Positions 23,726 to 37,230 of a DNA stretch of 64,000 nucleotides are shown one piece after another (position 1 is the first letter of the stretch; each line of letters begins with the position of its first letter). The DNA is from Isurus oxyrinchus (lineage: Eukaryota), in assembly GCA_026770705.1 (NCBI GenBank), contig JANJGN010000038.1, positions 9,114,001-9,178,000 of the forward strand. Direction: 5' to 3'. The notes below the pieces were generated by a model. It searched no databases. It had not been told where the DNA came from and saw only the letters and a list, made by a program, of their open reading frames with translations. The position numbers were made by a program, and so were the translations under genes.

Positions 23726-24679
23726 GTATATTCCTCCAATTGTGAATTAAATACACAGCCACTTAATTAATTATTTTTTTCCAGTTTTGCTAATGTTAGG
23801 CCTGTTTAGTTGATGTCGGGAATTTACAGGTCTCAGACCCGAGTCTTGTGCAATCCGTGCCCCCAGCTCAGATACACCCTGGGTTAGAGACAGAATAAAG
23901 CTCATTCATTACAGAATTCTGTAAAGTTACTTCACCAACTTGCCCCTCGCTGAGGTGAATTCTGACCATTTCCCACTAGCACACACAGTAGCAGCATTTA
24001 GATCCCATTGTTCCTGCTTCACTTTTCGTCCATCCATTCAAACTTCTACCAGCCGGATGTTGCCACATCGCACCCACTGGGAACTGAAGTGAGGGTCACA
24101 AGGGAAGGTGAAATCTATCTCGACTTAGCCAGCATAGAAATGGGGGAGGGCATTAGTTAACGCAATGCACCTGCACATCCCCAACACAGATAACCGGAGT
24201 GGAAATTGTTTAGCCAACGAGAGAGAGTGGAGAGGGGAACATTAACTCACTAACCTCCCAATCCCAGTCACAGAGGGTTTAGAAGTGAACAGCTGTCTAT
24301 GATATGAGTTCAGATACAAGGCAGCTTCTAGCTTCCTGCGCTCAGATTGTAATCTTCAATCATGGCAAACATATCATGGCAAATCATGGCAACATGATGT
24401 TTTGAAATGATTTTCAATCTCTTGTTCTTGTAAATCACAAGTTGCCAATGATTTTTCATAATCCAAATCTGAACTGCTGTTTCCATCCTTCCTGTTTTTC
24501 CGGTACTGTTTCTAATGTTTCTGGGGAACCTCTGTTTAATTGTTGCATTCTATCGCTTGATGTCACATTGAACCCCAAAGAAAACACATTCATACACAGA
24601 ATGGCGATTGTGTTCTCCATCGATCATACTTTCACTGTCAGGCCACGTTATTGATGTTCAGTGATACAAGAAACAACAA

Positions 24680-25440
24680 CATAATACACACACACACTGA
24701 CATAAGCTCATAAACACACACACACACACGGACTCACGTGCACACACAGAAACACACACAAGCACGCACACATACTCACACACACATTGACAGAAACAAT
24801 GCAAGTGCACGAGTACATAACAATACACACATAAACACACACATGCACACATACACACAGGCAAAGACAGACAGACACACACCCTGGCACAAGATCACAC
24901 GCACACACAGACACACACACACACACACGCACACACATACACACACACACATATACACATACAGACAAAGACAGGCTCACACACACCCTGGCACAAGATT
25001 ACCTACACACATGCACACTCACACACACACAACAAAGACACACACACAATCTGACACCAGATCTCTCTCTTTCTCTCTCTCACAGACAAATGCACACAGC
25101 GACACAGAGATACAAACACATGCATACACAACCAGTGATAGGAAAATGCACACACAATAGTACGTAAAACATACACACATACACACACCCAAACACCCAC
25201 ACATACACACACACAGACAAAGACACTGTCACACACACCCTGGCAAAAGATCACAAACGGACTCACACACACACAACAAAGGCACACACCCAATCTGAAA
25301 CCAGATCTCTCTCTCCGTCTCTCACAGACAAACACACACAGAGACACACACATGCACTGAAACAAAATTGCATACAAACACGTACACAAAGGCAGGCACA
25401 CACACACAAACATGAACAAGCACACACATCCACATGAACA

Positions 25441-25475
<35 letters not shown>

Positions 25476-26116
25476 TCCCGCGTGCACTGGATCATGCTCA
25501 CATGCTCGAACAAATCAACACAGAAGACATACACACATGCAGACAAAAACACGCAGACAGACACACACACACACATACACACACACACACATACATAAAC
25601 AAGCAAACACATCCACACACAAACACGCACACACAACATTGGATCATGCCCGAACACATAAACAAAGGCTGACATAAACACAGTGAGAGAAAAGCACACG
25701 GACAGGCACAGATGCACATATAAGCACACACACACATACGTAAACAAGCACACACATCCCCACACACACACTAACATCCACACACACACACAAATGCACA
25801 CAGGCTTTGACACAGACATGCACACACAGACGCACTTACAGACACACAAACACATGCATATATGAACACGCATACAGTTATGCACAGATATACACACATT
25901 CAGGCACACATGCAGGCAGACAGATGCACACACACTAACATATCCACTGGATCATACACATATGCCCGAACAGATAAACACAGACTGGCATTGACACAGA
26001 CAGACAAAATTACACAGACAGACACAGAGGCACACACGCATGCATGCACATACACAGACACACACACAAACATACAAACATACATAAACAAGCACACACA
26101 TTGACGCACACACACA

Positions 26117-26168
<52 letters not shown>

Positions 26169-27280
26169 AACGCACTCTGATAGACACAGACAAACATAGG
26201 CATGCGCACACACACACTCACACATGCATAAACGAGCATACATACAGGCATACACCGACATACACACATTCGTGCACACACGCAGGCAGATAGACACACA
26301 CACCCACCCACTGGATCATGCACACTTGCCCGATCACATAAACACAGACTGACATTGACACAGACAGACAAAAGCACGCACCCAGACACAGAGGCATCAC
26401 ACACACACAAAAACATATGTAAACAAGCACACACATCGACATACACACACACACATTCACACACACACACATTCACACACACACACATTCACGCACACAC
26501 ACATACACAAACACACACACGTTTGGATAGATACAAACCCACAGACATTGAAGCAGACATGCACACACACATGCACTTACAGACACACACACACACACAC
26601 ACACACACATGCATACATGAGATCGCATACAGGCAAAACAGAGGTACACACATTCGAGCACACAAGCAGACAGGCAGACAGAGACACACAGAAGCACACA
26701 TACATCATCAAGAGAAACACACACTCACACACATCCAGACACAAGATCACACACACACATACGCAAACACACACACAATCACACAGGCATATACACAAAC
26801 CCGCACACACATATTCACACAAACACACACACACACAAACACATGGACGCATACACACAAAAACAAATTGAGTCACACGATCAAAACACACAAACACACA
26901 TGTAAACGCACACCCACACACTGATAAAATACACACACAAACACACACACAGGCAGAAGATCACACACACACACACACACACACATACACAAACATGCAT
27001 AGGTACACAGAAACAAACACACAGGTTCGTGCATAGGCACGGGAAAAGAGGCACACGTACACAAACACGTGCAAGCATGCATGGATACATAGGCAGGCAT
27101 ACACGCACACACACATACACATACATACACAAGCACAAGCATACATATACACACAAACCAGCACACAGACACATATACACATAGCCACACACACAAGCAC
27201 ACAAGAATGCACATGCAAACACAGACCCACACAATGATAAACATGCACAGGCATACACACACAAACAAACCCACACTCAC

Positions 27281-27313
<33 letters not shown>

Positions 27314-28260
27314 AGAGTACACATATACATAGAAAATATGCAGACATGCAACTCACAGGAACACACAGCACATATGCACAGATGCAACCTCACACTCAGA
27401 AATATACACTCACTTTCGACAAACAGACACACAGACAGACACACTCACGCACAAGCAAGCACCTGAAAATGCAGATATCCTCTCACACACATGCACACAC
27501 AGTCACACACATGCAAACGGTTGTGAGCAAACACACAAACACACATGCATGGATGCACTCAACACACACAATTACAGATATACACAACCCCATAAACAGG
27601 CTCAGACAGGTCCTGTAAGTTTGTACATGAACATGTTCATTACTGTGCTTCAACGAGCACAACAATATAGAATTAAGGACACACTATCATACACAATAGT
27701 GCACATGCATAGGCATTTGTACACACACATTAAAAATGGACAAACGGGTACACAGACAAATAGATGAGCAGACAGTAACATTTTCACAAACATAGTGCAA
27801 GAAACAACTATGAATACATCCACGCACTCACATTAAAACAAACATATGTAAACACACGCTTTAGTAAACATAGATACGTAAATATACATTAAGACAAAGC
27901 TAGAAACATCCAAGAACACATAACGGCACGCCTCAACATACTCACACGCTCATGGGGGCACAATCATTAACATATCAAACATAGAACATAAAAAGGCACA
28001 ATATCAGATATATTAACAGGCATGGACGTAAATAAACTCCTTAACACAGACATTAATAAGTGAACATAAACATCAACGCATACAGACACATTAACACACT
28101 GATACACATTCATTTACAAATGGACAAACATACACACAAAGGCGGGCCACATATAAATAAGCATATCAACACTCATGCCACATGAACAAACACATCAACG
28201 CTCATACAACAGGGCACACAAACACAGTTAAAGGCAGAGCAAGAGATACACGTGCACATA
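24680..28260 (+). repeat. ~3.5-kb degenerate (CA)n array with higher-order subunits, in the Cmu4-TM1 intron
   Basis: CA-rich throughout; recurring 'acaccctggcacaagat', 'cactggatcatgc' and 'cagacatgcacacaca..gcacttacagac' blocks. Confidence 0.92.
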
Positions 28261-28881
28261 TACGCAAATATTTAAAAAACTCAAAGGCAAATGCCAGGCT
28301 AAAGACGAAAGAATATTTTAAATCTATTTTTTTTAAAGGACACATCTTCCAAAAATTTCTGGGAGCACATAAAGACCCAGGAGACAGGCTGAAGCAATGT
28401 TCTTAATCATAAACTGATTTAAGTTAATTATGTGCCAAACATTACCACCACAAATAAACAAACAAGATCAAAATTCACAAAAGATAGCTAACAGAGTTCA
28501 GAGTCTTGGAATTAATAGCTATCAGTACTTATCATTAAAATAATTGTGATCAATTAGCAAACCTCCTGCAATTTCCACCATAATATAATCCAGTGATAGG
28601 TCGTACTAAATTCATCCAAAATAAACTGGCATCGAAGGAATAAAAACACATTTTCCAGTAGGGGCAGGATGAGAAATGTAAAGTGAGAGCAGCTGTGGAG
28701 TTAGCAACAGACAGAGATTATTGAGAGTCACTTATTCATTAATAGATATGCATTGAAAACTTAATTACTGAACAGATCAAAAGCTTGAGGAAGATACAAT
28801 AGAATTAATATATTAAAAAAACGGTAAGACACCCTCGATTAATAAGAATGCAATTAAAATTCCTCGGTTATATCCCTGTAG

Positions 28882-29009
28882 ATTCCACAGACCGCATCTG
28901 GATTGAAGACAATGAGGACGATAACGGGAACATCTGGACAACCGCTTCCACATTCATTGTCCTGTTCTTCCTGAGCATTTTCTACAGCACTGCCGTCACT
29001 CTGGTGAAG
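28882..29009 (+). CDS. IGHM: IgM transmembrane exon TM1
   Basis: Acceptor 'ccctgtag' ends 28881; (D)STDRIWIEDNEDDNGNIWTTASTFIVLFFLSIFYSTAVTLVK with the CART motif; donor GTGAGA at 29010. Confidence 0.93.
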
Positions 29010-29149
29010 GTGAGAAGATTCAATCCACTAACACTACAATCTGACAGAAGCGGTTTGAAAACTTTCTAAATATTTGAACAATTAAAGACTATAACATAAA
29101 TGCACCAGATCATAAACATCTGCTTCATTATTTTCTCCCTCTTTTACAG

Positions 29150-29158
29150 ATCAAGTGA
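29150..29158 (+). CDS. IGHM: IgM transmembrane exon TM2 (IK-stop; cytoplasmic tail KIK)
   Basis: Polypyrimidine tract plus 'tacag' ending 29149, then ATC AAG TGA. Confidence 0.85.
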   Translation: MK

Positions 29159-29554
29159 TCGGTTGAACTTGGACCCCGCAGCTTTTCCTCAGCTGTTCAT
29201 TAAATCTCTGTATTTCAATTTAAAATATGTTCTCTTAATGATCCCGAATCTGTGACCGAACCTCTAACAGTATTTCTGTGATCCTGTAAGAAATGTGCGA
29301 AATGGTAATGGTTGTAATGTAATTGTAGCATCTAATTTCCCTGGAATTAGGATTTCAATTTTAATTAAATAACTTTTCTCATTCCTTATTCACTATTGCC
29401 CCCTTCCCTTTCCATTGAGCCGCTGTTTTCTTTTTCTGATCTATGTTCCAGTGGTACATACAGTTTACCAACTCAGAGCGCATATGGACTCAGAGCGCAT
29501 GTGTTCTGTTCCCAACGTGACTTCAGGAATTATATTCACTTCTGTTAACTTTAA

Positions 29555-29596
29555 AATAAACTTTCCTGTAAAATAGTCTCTGAAATTACTAATAAA
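29555..29596 (+). terminator. Membrane-form polyadenylation signals
   Basis: AATAAA at 29555-29560 and 29591-29596. Confidence 0.55.
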
Positions 29597-30639
29597 TCTG
29601 GAATGAAAAGTGAACTAACTGTGACTTTGCTGAATTCCTTTCTCCAAGGCCCATCGACACTGCTCCATTTTCCCTATTGCACATTTCTCTCAGTTTTACC
29701 AGTCCTGTCTGGGATCTGTTTCCACCCATCGCCCCATCCGTGTAAGGAGACCTTTATCTCTGTTTCTGGCAATTGCCCGAGGCAGAATGAATGAACAGGG
29801 AGTGTCACCTCGGCGATTTCACTCTGGACGGTCACAGTCACATGTCTGGCAATTCCAAACTGTAGGGTTCGGCTTCATCGGAGGCTGATATAGGACAGGA
29901 AATTGGAGCATAAAACGCCCTTTACAATGCCCCATCAAACACTCCCACGGTTGGTGCAGCCAGGATCAGCAACAGGGTAAAGATCCCTCTGCATTGTTGG
30001 ATTAAACACTTTGAAGGTGGGGATGCCACAGGCTAGATATATGACACAGGCAGAATAAGGAGCACAAACCAATGGGTGTATCCAGGGACTGAAGCGTATC
30101 TGGCACTGATATATTATTAAGTACAACTCCTGCAAATTATTACAGAGCTTTAGGTCTCTTGGACATACCTGGGGGGACAAAACTGCGAAAATGCTCAAAG
30201 ACGGGGTTCAATGTTATGCAGCAATTAACCATAAACATGAGGCTTGTTCCCAGACCCTGGGGCCGATCGGATACTGAGACACTGGCTTCGCATTTTCTGT
30301 TAAATACACAAACAGACATAGCCCACACCTCGCCCTGCCCCACCCCTTTCTGTGAAGCATATACACGTCCCTATTCCGGTAAACACACATTGACTCTCCA
30401 CTTCCACCTTTTCTGTTAAATCCATTAGCCCTGTCATTTTCCCTTATGCTTCGATAATGAATCGTATTCCTGATCAGCTCAGTCGTACTGATACCATCTC
30501 CCTGAACTCACTGAACATCACCCCAGGGATCCGTTCTCCCTGCTCCATTCCCTCTGATACCAATTTCCTGAACTCACTGAACATCACCCCAGGGGTAAAC
30601 ATAGAAAGTGCTGGAAAGCTCGGCAGGTCTGATAGCATC

Positions 30640-31150
30640 TCCAGTTATCTCCACTTGCCTGGGTGAGCGCGGTTCCAACAACACACTAGAAGTTCGACAC
30701 CATCCAGCAAAGTCGCTCAATTGTTGACAGCTCATCTACCAGCTTCACCATTCACTCCCTCCACCACCGCCGCACAGTAGCAGCAGTGTGTGCCAATTAC
30801 TAGATGCACTGCAGGAACTCATCAAGGCTCCTTCGATAGCACCTTTCACACCCACGACATCTACCATCTAGAAAGACAAGGGCAACAGATACATGGGAAC
30901 ACCACCACCTGGAATTTCCTTCAAGGGCACTCACCATTTTGACTTGGAAATGTATCGCTGCTTCTTCGCTGTCGCTGGGTCAAAATTATGGATCTCCCTT
31001 CCTAACAGCACTGTGTGTGTACCTACACTACATGGACTGTAGCGGTTCAAGAAGGCAGCTCACCATCACCTTCTCAAGGGCAATTACGGATGGGCAGAGA
31101 AATGTTGGACTCACCAACGAAGCCCACGTCCCTTGAAATAATAATAAATA
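30640..31150 (+). mobile_element. LINE 3' end (same family as 60435-61772; another copy at ~34590-34920)
   Basis: Shared tail 'gacttggaaat...gctgggtcaaaat...cttcctaacagcact...ttcaagaaggcagctcacc...gatgggca'. Confidence 0.7.
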
Positions 31151-31919
31151 ATTTTCTAACTGATCATTGGGAATAGAAAAGCCGATTCTTGGAAACAAAA
31201 TGGACAGCCTGATATCACTTTGTAAACAATAGAAAACAACCCAATAGTTATTAATAAATAGTTGCAGTATTAAACTATCTGCAATTAAAATGCAGGAACA
31301 CTTTGGGATTTAACACATTCACTGAGGGCGGAGATGGGCTGAAGGTTATCACTGAAGTTAATGTAGGGGAATTATTCTTTATTCAGTTTTTTATTCAGAA
31401 AAGCGTTATTAGAAAATCGGAGATTTAAAGGAATGGGTAATTTCCCAGAGACAGAGAGACAGAGGGAGAGAGAGAGTTCATTAAGTTTCAGTGAGTTAGA
31501 CTCTGTCTCAGGGAGAGAGATGACAGACATTAAGTAAGTGTGCTGACAAACATGCACATCTTAGCAAAGAAATGGTCAGTATCACATGAAATTCTAAACA
31601 AGAGCACAACAGAATGTACTACTAATAAATATTTACGATATTAGGCGATCTGTAGTTACAGGTTGAATAAGAGAAAATAAAAAAAGCTGAAACATTCTGG
31701 TGAAGATAAATCTTTTATCTTTGCAGAATGATATAGCATGATTTCATTTAACACAGACACACACAAAAGGTGATGTCTCATATGTAATTCTGTTGGCTGT
31801 AATGCAAATTAATATGAGGAGCTGCTTGGAACAACCAGTCAATGGGAAACCTCTAGTTTTAGGCCAAAGTGAGAGGCCCATTTCTAACTCAACATCCACT
31901 TTATAGAGACATAGACAAG

Positions 31920-33210
31920 TGAATTAACAACAGAGACAGAGTTTGGTGTGGTAATTACTGAGACAGGGCCTATGCAATTTAAGCAAAGACATTACAGGTG
32001 CAGAAATAATCGAGACAGCATCTAATGTTACTTAAGCAAAGATGTGACTGAGTGCAAGAATAACAGGGATGGGGACAAGAGCTATATTAACATGGACAGG
32101 GTCTACTGCTATAATAGCGGAGACGGGATTACAGGGCCTGGATCAATATCAAGTGAAATAGGGCAGTTATTACAGGCACAGGGCCTAGAGTAATTGCTTC
32201 CTAGAGAGAGTCTAAGTCGTAATAATGGAGACTGCTGCCAGTGTAAGAGAGACAGGTATGATGTCGTGGAGTAAAATCAGGGAAAGGGATAGTGGAATAG
32301 AAGCAGAGACAGAGGTACAAAGACAAAGCCTCTGCAAAGACAGGATCCATTTTAATTGAAAAGACAGACAAGGTCGTGTGTGATACAGGCTGATACAGAA
32401 TCTAGTGTAACTTGTTCTGAAATGGTCTAGCGGAATATAAATGTAGACATGATTGAGTGTGTTATAAGCAGGGCCGCAATTAGTGGAACATAAGTGAGGC
32501 AGTGCAGAGTGTAGTAATAATTGAGACAGGATCTTGTGTAATACGAACCTGCCTTGTGTAGCAATAACACAGACCGGATCCAGTATAAGAAAACTGATAC
32601 ACGGTCTAGTGGAACTTCACATAATCCAGCACTCTTTGTAATATAATCTGACACAGTGTCTGGTGAATTAAATACCTGCAAAGGTACGAGATTAATAAAA
32701 ACAGGGACATGCACTAGTACAGCAATAAGAGAGTAATGGTATAGGACAATAACAACAGAAACAGGGAATTATGTGATATGAATGGATGCATGTATTGGTG
32801 CAGCATTACCTGAGACAGGGTCCAGTTTGACAGACAGGTGGCAGGTTCTACTGGAGTAATAGCTGAGACAGAGTCTTGTTAAATGCAAGTAAAAACATGT
32901 TCCAATTTTCTATAACCAGAGACAAGCTCTAGTGCAGTGACAACTGGGGCATGGCTTATTGTAACTTCAACCGAGACCTGCTTCAGTGCAGTCATGACTG
33001 AGATAGTGCCAACTGTGTTGTGGCCCTAGTCCAGTACATAAACAAATGTGACTGAGCCAGTTACAGAAACAACTGAGAGATGACCTTCTCTAATATGATT
33101 AGAGACATGTCCTAGTGTAATAGAAATAGAAACGGCGTCTAATTTAATATGAACAGGGACAGTGGCAAATGCAGTAAAAATTGAGACAGCGCCTGCTTCA
33201 TGTGATGTGA
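31920..33210. repeat. Degenerate ~27-bp minisatellite array
   Basis: Repeated 'gagacagg..tctagtg.a.taata' units. Confidence 0.75.
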
Positions 33211-33223
33211 GCAATCACGGTTA

Positions 33224-33239
33224 CACTGCCATCCACTGG
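33224..33239 (-). promoter_or_regulatory. Candidate CTCF-binding motif (paralogous site at 56915-56930)
   Basis: Minus strand CCAGTGGATGGCAGTG, 1 mismatch to CCASYAGRKGGCRSYR. Confidence 0.35.
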
Positions 33240-33327
33240 TCAATCTTTGCTATTACAGGTGTTGCGAAAATGTCGATTACATCTACTGTTTCTGAGATCA
33301 ATGGTTAAAATCCGAAATAATGGAAAA

Positions 33328-33409
33328 CGTAGTCGACAGGATTTGAACCTGCGCGGGGTAACCCCAATGGATTTCAAATCCATCACCTTAACCACTCGGC
33401 CACGACTAC
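33328..33409 (-). tRNA. tRNA-Ser(TGA), few substitutions (T-loop TTCAAAT); possibly a pseudogene
   Basis: GTAGTCGTGGCCGAGTGGTTAAGGTGATGGATTTGAAATCCATTGGGGTTACCCCGCGCAGGTTCAAATCCTGTCGACTACG followed by TTTT. Confidence 0.8.
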
Positions 33410-35435
33410 AGACCTGGGGAGTGAAACATATATATTTCATAGATGAAATCATAGAATAGTTACAGCAGAGAAAAAGCGTCTTCTTCCCACCCTGTCACTG
33501 CAACAACCCAGCCTTTTCCCCATAACCCTGCAATTCATACTGTCCCTCCTCGTTCTCCCTCCCAAATTGAGAATGAAAGAGAGAGAATGAAAGAGGAAGA
33601 GAAGTAACGGGTTTTGTAGATCCCAGGGAGAAGAGAGTCCGGGAACAGTTCATTGTGACAGTTCACACAGCAACAAGAAAACAGCATTCCCTGAGGAAGG
33701 CCAGGAGTGGGAGCATGTTTAGTTCAAACACAGAAGACTTGTTCAGCCAATAACAGCATCGGATCTGTTAGACATATACATGAAGTGAACAGTGAGATGA
33801 AATAGTGCCACAAGCTGTGGATGTGCAACTTTCAATTTCCAAGACCCACCATCCTCATCAATGTTGCTCCTCTGAAACTTTCAAGGTAAATGTTGATCCT
33901 TTATAAGGTGCCGTTCCCAGAACGAGACACAGTCCTCCAGGTGTGATCTAACCAGGGCTTTGTATAGCCGCAGCAAACCTTTCCCTCTTTCCTATAACAG
34001 CCTCTGTAACGGGTTGTATAGACAGAGGGATTAGATTGTATCGATCCAATAAGAAAAATAAGGAGATGCTTCATCAAACTAAAATTCCTTTTGAAATTCC
34101 ATTTGAAATGAACTTAATTTTTTCGAAAGCTGTGTAAGAATCCCCAGTCTAACTCTTCATGTCACTGGGTCAGGGGAACTTTGTTAATGTTCACACACTG
34201 AGCATGGACACGGCAGCAGCTCCTGCGCCTCTTCCAATATTGTTTTTCTTAACTCAGAGTTTTCGAAAGGGAATTGGATAATGACTTGAAAGGGAGAAAA
34301 ACGATCAGGATGATGGAGAAAGAGAAGGAAATTGAGACTAATTGGAAAGAACATTGTAAAAAGCTGATATTGATATGATGGTTTAAATGGTCTCCTCGCA
34401 CACTCTGCCATTTTGTGATGACATCACCAGATTAATTTGATGACAACATTTCTAAATTTGTCAACCGAATTCCATTTCTGTAAAACAAAGACGCAAAGTG
34501 CGGCTGCAGGACCTCACAGTTTAACATAGTGTGCAGGTGCCTCTGGCTTTGTCAGGTATTGTTCTGTAGGGGAGTGGTTATCACATGTGCATGGAATCAC
34601 CAAGCCTCCTTAGACAGAACCTTCCAAGCCCACGACAATTACCATCTAGAAAAACAAGGACAGCAGATCGATGGGAACACGACCATTTGGAATTTCTCCT
34701 GCAAGGCACTCACCCTCTTGACTTGGAAATATGTCGCTGTTTCTTCACTGTTGCTGGGTCAAAATCCTGGAACTCCCTTCCTAACAGCACTCTGGGTGTA
34801 CCTACACAACAGGGACTGCTGCGTTTCAAGAAGGCAGCTCAGCAGCACCTTCTGAAGGGACAATGGGATGGGCAATAAATGCTGGCCCAGCCAGCGAAGC
34901 CCACATCCCGAGAATGTATTACAAACTGTCTGCAGAATTAATCATAAATCTTCTTCTCATCCGTGTCACTCAAAATTATTTTAGTTGCAAACATTCACTA
35001 AATTTGGAGTCTGAAACGGAACAATCATTGGCCAATTTGATGACACCGTTGTTTTCTGGGTCTTTGTCTCTCCTTAGGCCTCTGTCACTCTCGGTGTACA
35101 TGTCTGTGTGTGTTCCTCTCTGTGTGTCAATGTGATTCAGTCCCCTGAGGGGTTGTACACATTTTTTCCCACCACAAACGTTTTACACATTGGTTGTGCA
35201 GATTCACATTACAATGTAACAGAGAAAAGTATCAAGATGAAAGAGGAAATTGCAATGTTCTTGCATCCCATTTCTTAACCTCTGCGTTTGCTCTGTTGCA
35301 CTGATGCCATTCCCAGCTGTGGTACCAAATTCCAGCTCTTGCTCCATTCATTCTGGTAGAGGTGATATGCAGGATTTCTGCATGTGCTATTACTCAGGGT
35401 CATCCCAGCACTTCGCCAAGGTTATTAAATCACTG

Positions 35436-35507
35436 CTCCTTCATCAGGAATTGAACCCACGCCCTGACTATGAAAGCGCAGAATCCTAGCTATTGGGCCA
35501 CCAAGGA
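35436..35507 (-). pseudogene. tRNA-Glu(TTC) pseudogene, highly degenerate
   Basis: TCCTTGGTGGCCCAATAGCTAGGATTCTGCGCTTTCA...GGGTTCAATTCC. Confidence 0.6.
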
Positions 35508-36094
35508 AGGTGCTCACAAGCCTCACAACCTGGGTAAGCCATGCTGTCTGTGCCTTTTATTTTCATTTCCGACCTCTTTCATTAGAGGAACGTTTCTCCC
35601 CCAAATTGACACGTTTATATAAAACACAAACAACATCCATTGTCAGACAGTTCCGGGTTGTTATTGGGTCCTTAAGCGACAAAGAGAAAATAATCCAACT
35701 CTCCTGTTGCTCAGCGGGTTCCAACAGCAGTGTTTTTTTATCTGAATATAAATGTAAAATATAATTTAACAACTGACCAACCAGGTACCTACAAATCTAT
35801 GAAGTTATTGGATCAAATAGATCCGTTAATGATTCCTTCTTCCTCAGCTCCGCAGTGAGTGAGACAGGGAAAAGCAGAAAAGCAGCAACATTCCGGCCCC
35901 GCACTCTCCAATCACCCGCTGTCAGCAAACAGATACACTCACTTTCCTGAGTCTTTGTTCTGTGAAATGGTGAAGGGCGAATCTAAGACGCTTGTAATAT
36001 ACTGCGCTCAGTTAATATCCACCAACAAACAGGAACAAGGCGGCTTTCCTCTCACTTAAAAGGGCAAGTTTTGATAATGCTTCTGCATTAATAA

Positions 36095-37230
36095 CTTATA
36101 TTGATAAAGTGCATTTAATCTGTTGAAACGTCACAAGGCGTCCCCCGTGAATATTATATAATAAAGTGTGACACCGAGCCTCATATTCGATCAGAATACT
36201 AAAAGCTCGGTCAAAGGGGGAGGCTTTAACAACTGTCTTAAAGGAGCAAGGTATCGATTTAATGTTCCAGCTAACAGCAATAGTTCTTCTCATTGGCGAA
36301 AGAAGTCTCCCGTGTTCTAAACAGACCAATTAGTCGGAGAAAGTTCTGCCTGGTGAAAAGATCGGGAATGAAAAAAAAAATGGAAAGTAACCTCTAAATG
36401 CCAAATGTCAAACCTTTCTGGTACTTTCCCTTATGTCTCATGACTGGGGATCGGCGCTTCCATTGGCCCACAGCGAATAGGGTGGAGGGTTTGGAAATTG
36501 AAAGTTACACATGTGCAGCTTGTGGGACTATTCACCTCACTGTCGATTTCATGTTCCAGCTCACAGAAACCGTTGTTTTCATTGGCTGAAGAATTCGTTT
36601 CTGTTTAGGCTAAACAGGCAGTTTTGTGGTGAAAGAGATCTGAACTGAAAAACAATAGGCAAAAGCAGCGTAGATAAGCCAAATCGAAAAGCATTTTGAT
36701 CGATTCCTTGGTTGTCTAGTGGTTAGGATTCGGCGCTTTAAGCACCACGGCCGGGGTTCGATTTCCAGTCAGGGAATGAAGGTTTGTTGAGTGTGGTCAA
36801 TTTCTATTTGCGAACAGCTCCACCGAGAGTTAAAAGCTTAGCCTCACAGCAAGAAATATCACACTTCGAATAAGTCGCGAACAAACAGAAAAGAAGAAGG
36901 GCTGGTTGCAAGGCGAACTATCGGTGGGAGAAGGATGAATGTTACTGTCTCCTATTTGCACCGGCACAAATATCACTTCTGATCAATCAACTCCGCTTTG
37001 AAAGCAGCGCGACGGGCCCAATGGGCGCTTTCTATGCTGTAATTATCTATAATGTTATGTTTCCCAACACCGCCAACACTGCCTTTTTATAACCCACTCT
37101 AGATAAGTGAGCTTTCTTACCTTGTATTCGGCTCTTTTGAAACCAAAACACGGAGCAAATTCAGCGAGTTTTCTTGTCATTTCCAGCACGAGATTAGTCA
37201 CGAGACTAAATGAGCGACACATTAATGGTG
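36095..37230 (+). repeat. Segmental duplication unit (L2 fragment + tRNA-Glu + conserved module); direct copy at ~62775-64000
   Basis: Colinear similarity, e.g. 'aacaataggcaaaagcagc.tagataagccaaatcgaaa' at 36651/63341. Confidence 0.88.
36705..36776 (+). pseudogene. tRNA-Glu-derived pseudogene with anticodon mutated to TTA
   Basis: TCCTTGGTTGTCTAGTGGTTAGGATTCGGCGCT-TTA-AGCACCACGGCCGGGGTTCGATTTCCAGTCAGGGAA; anticodon stem has two mismatches. Confidence 0.8.

Larger units (their letters stand above)
10139..29158 (+). other. IGHM: Complete unrearranged cartilaginous-fish IgM heavy-chain minilocus (L-V-D1-D2-J-Cmu1-4-sec-TM1-TM2)
   Basis: All segments in order, ~0.4 kb V-D-D-J spacing, 12/23-compatible RSSs, phase-1 splice junctions joining in frame, no stops in exons. 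Confidence 0.95.
31465..33500 (+). repeat. Segmental duplication unit (minisatellite + CTCF-like motif + tRNA-Ser); direct copy at ~55210-57200
   Basis: Near-colinear similarity, e.g. 'gtttcagtgagttagac.ctgtctca' at 31485/55236 and 'gcttcatgtgatgtgagcaatcacggtt' at 33195/56886. Confidence 0.9.

Noticed and set aside
24658-27767. Many long ORFs rich in HT/CV
   Set aside because: Translation artefacts of the (CA)n/(TG)n array.
30489-30594. 40-bp direct repeat pair
   Set aside because: Local duplication next to retroelement debris; no functional signature.
31920-33210. Regularly spaced repeats resembling a CRISPR array or a coding repeat
   Set aside because: Eukaryotic degenerate minisatellite with no unique spacers and no sustained ORF.
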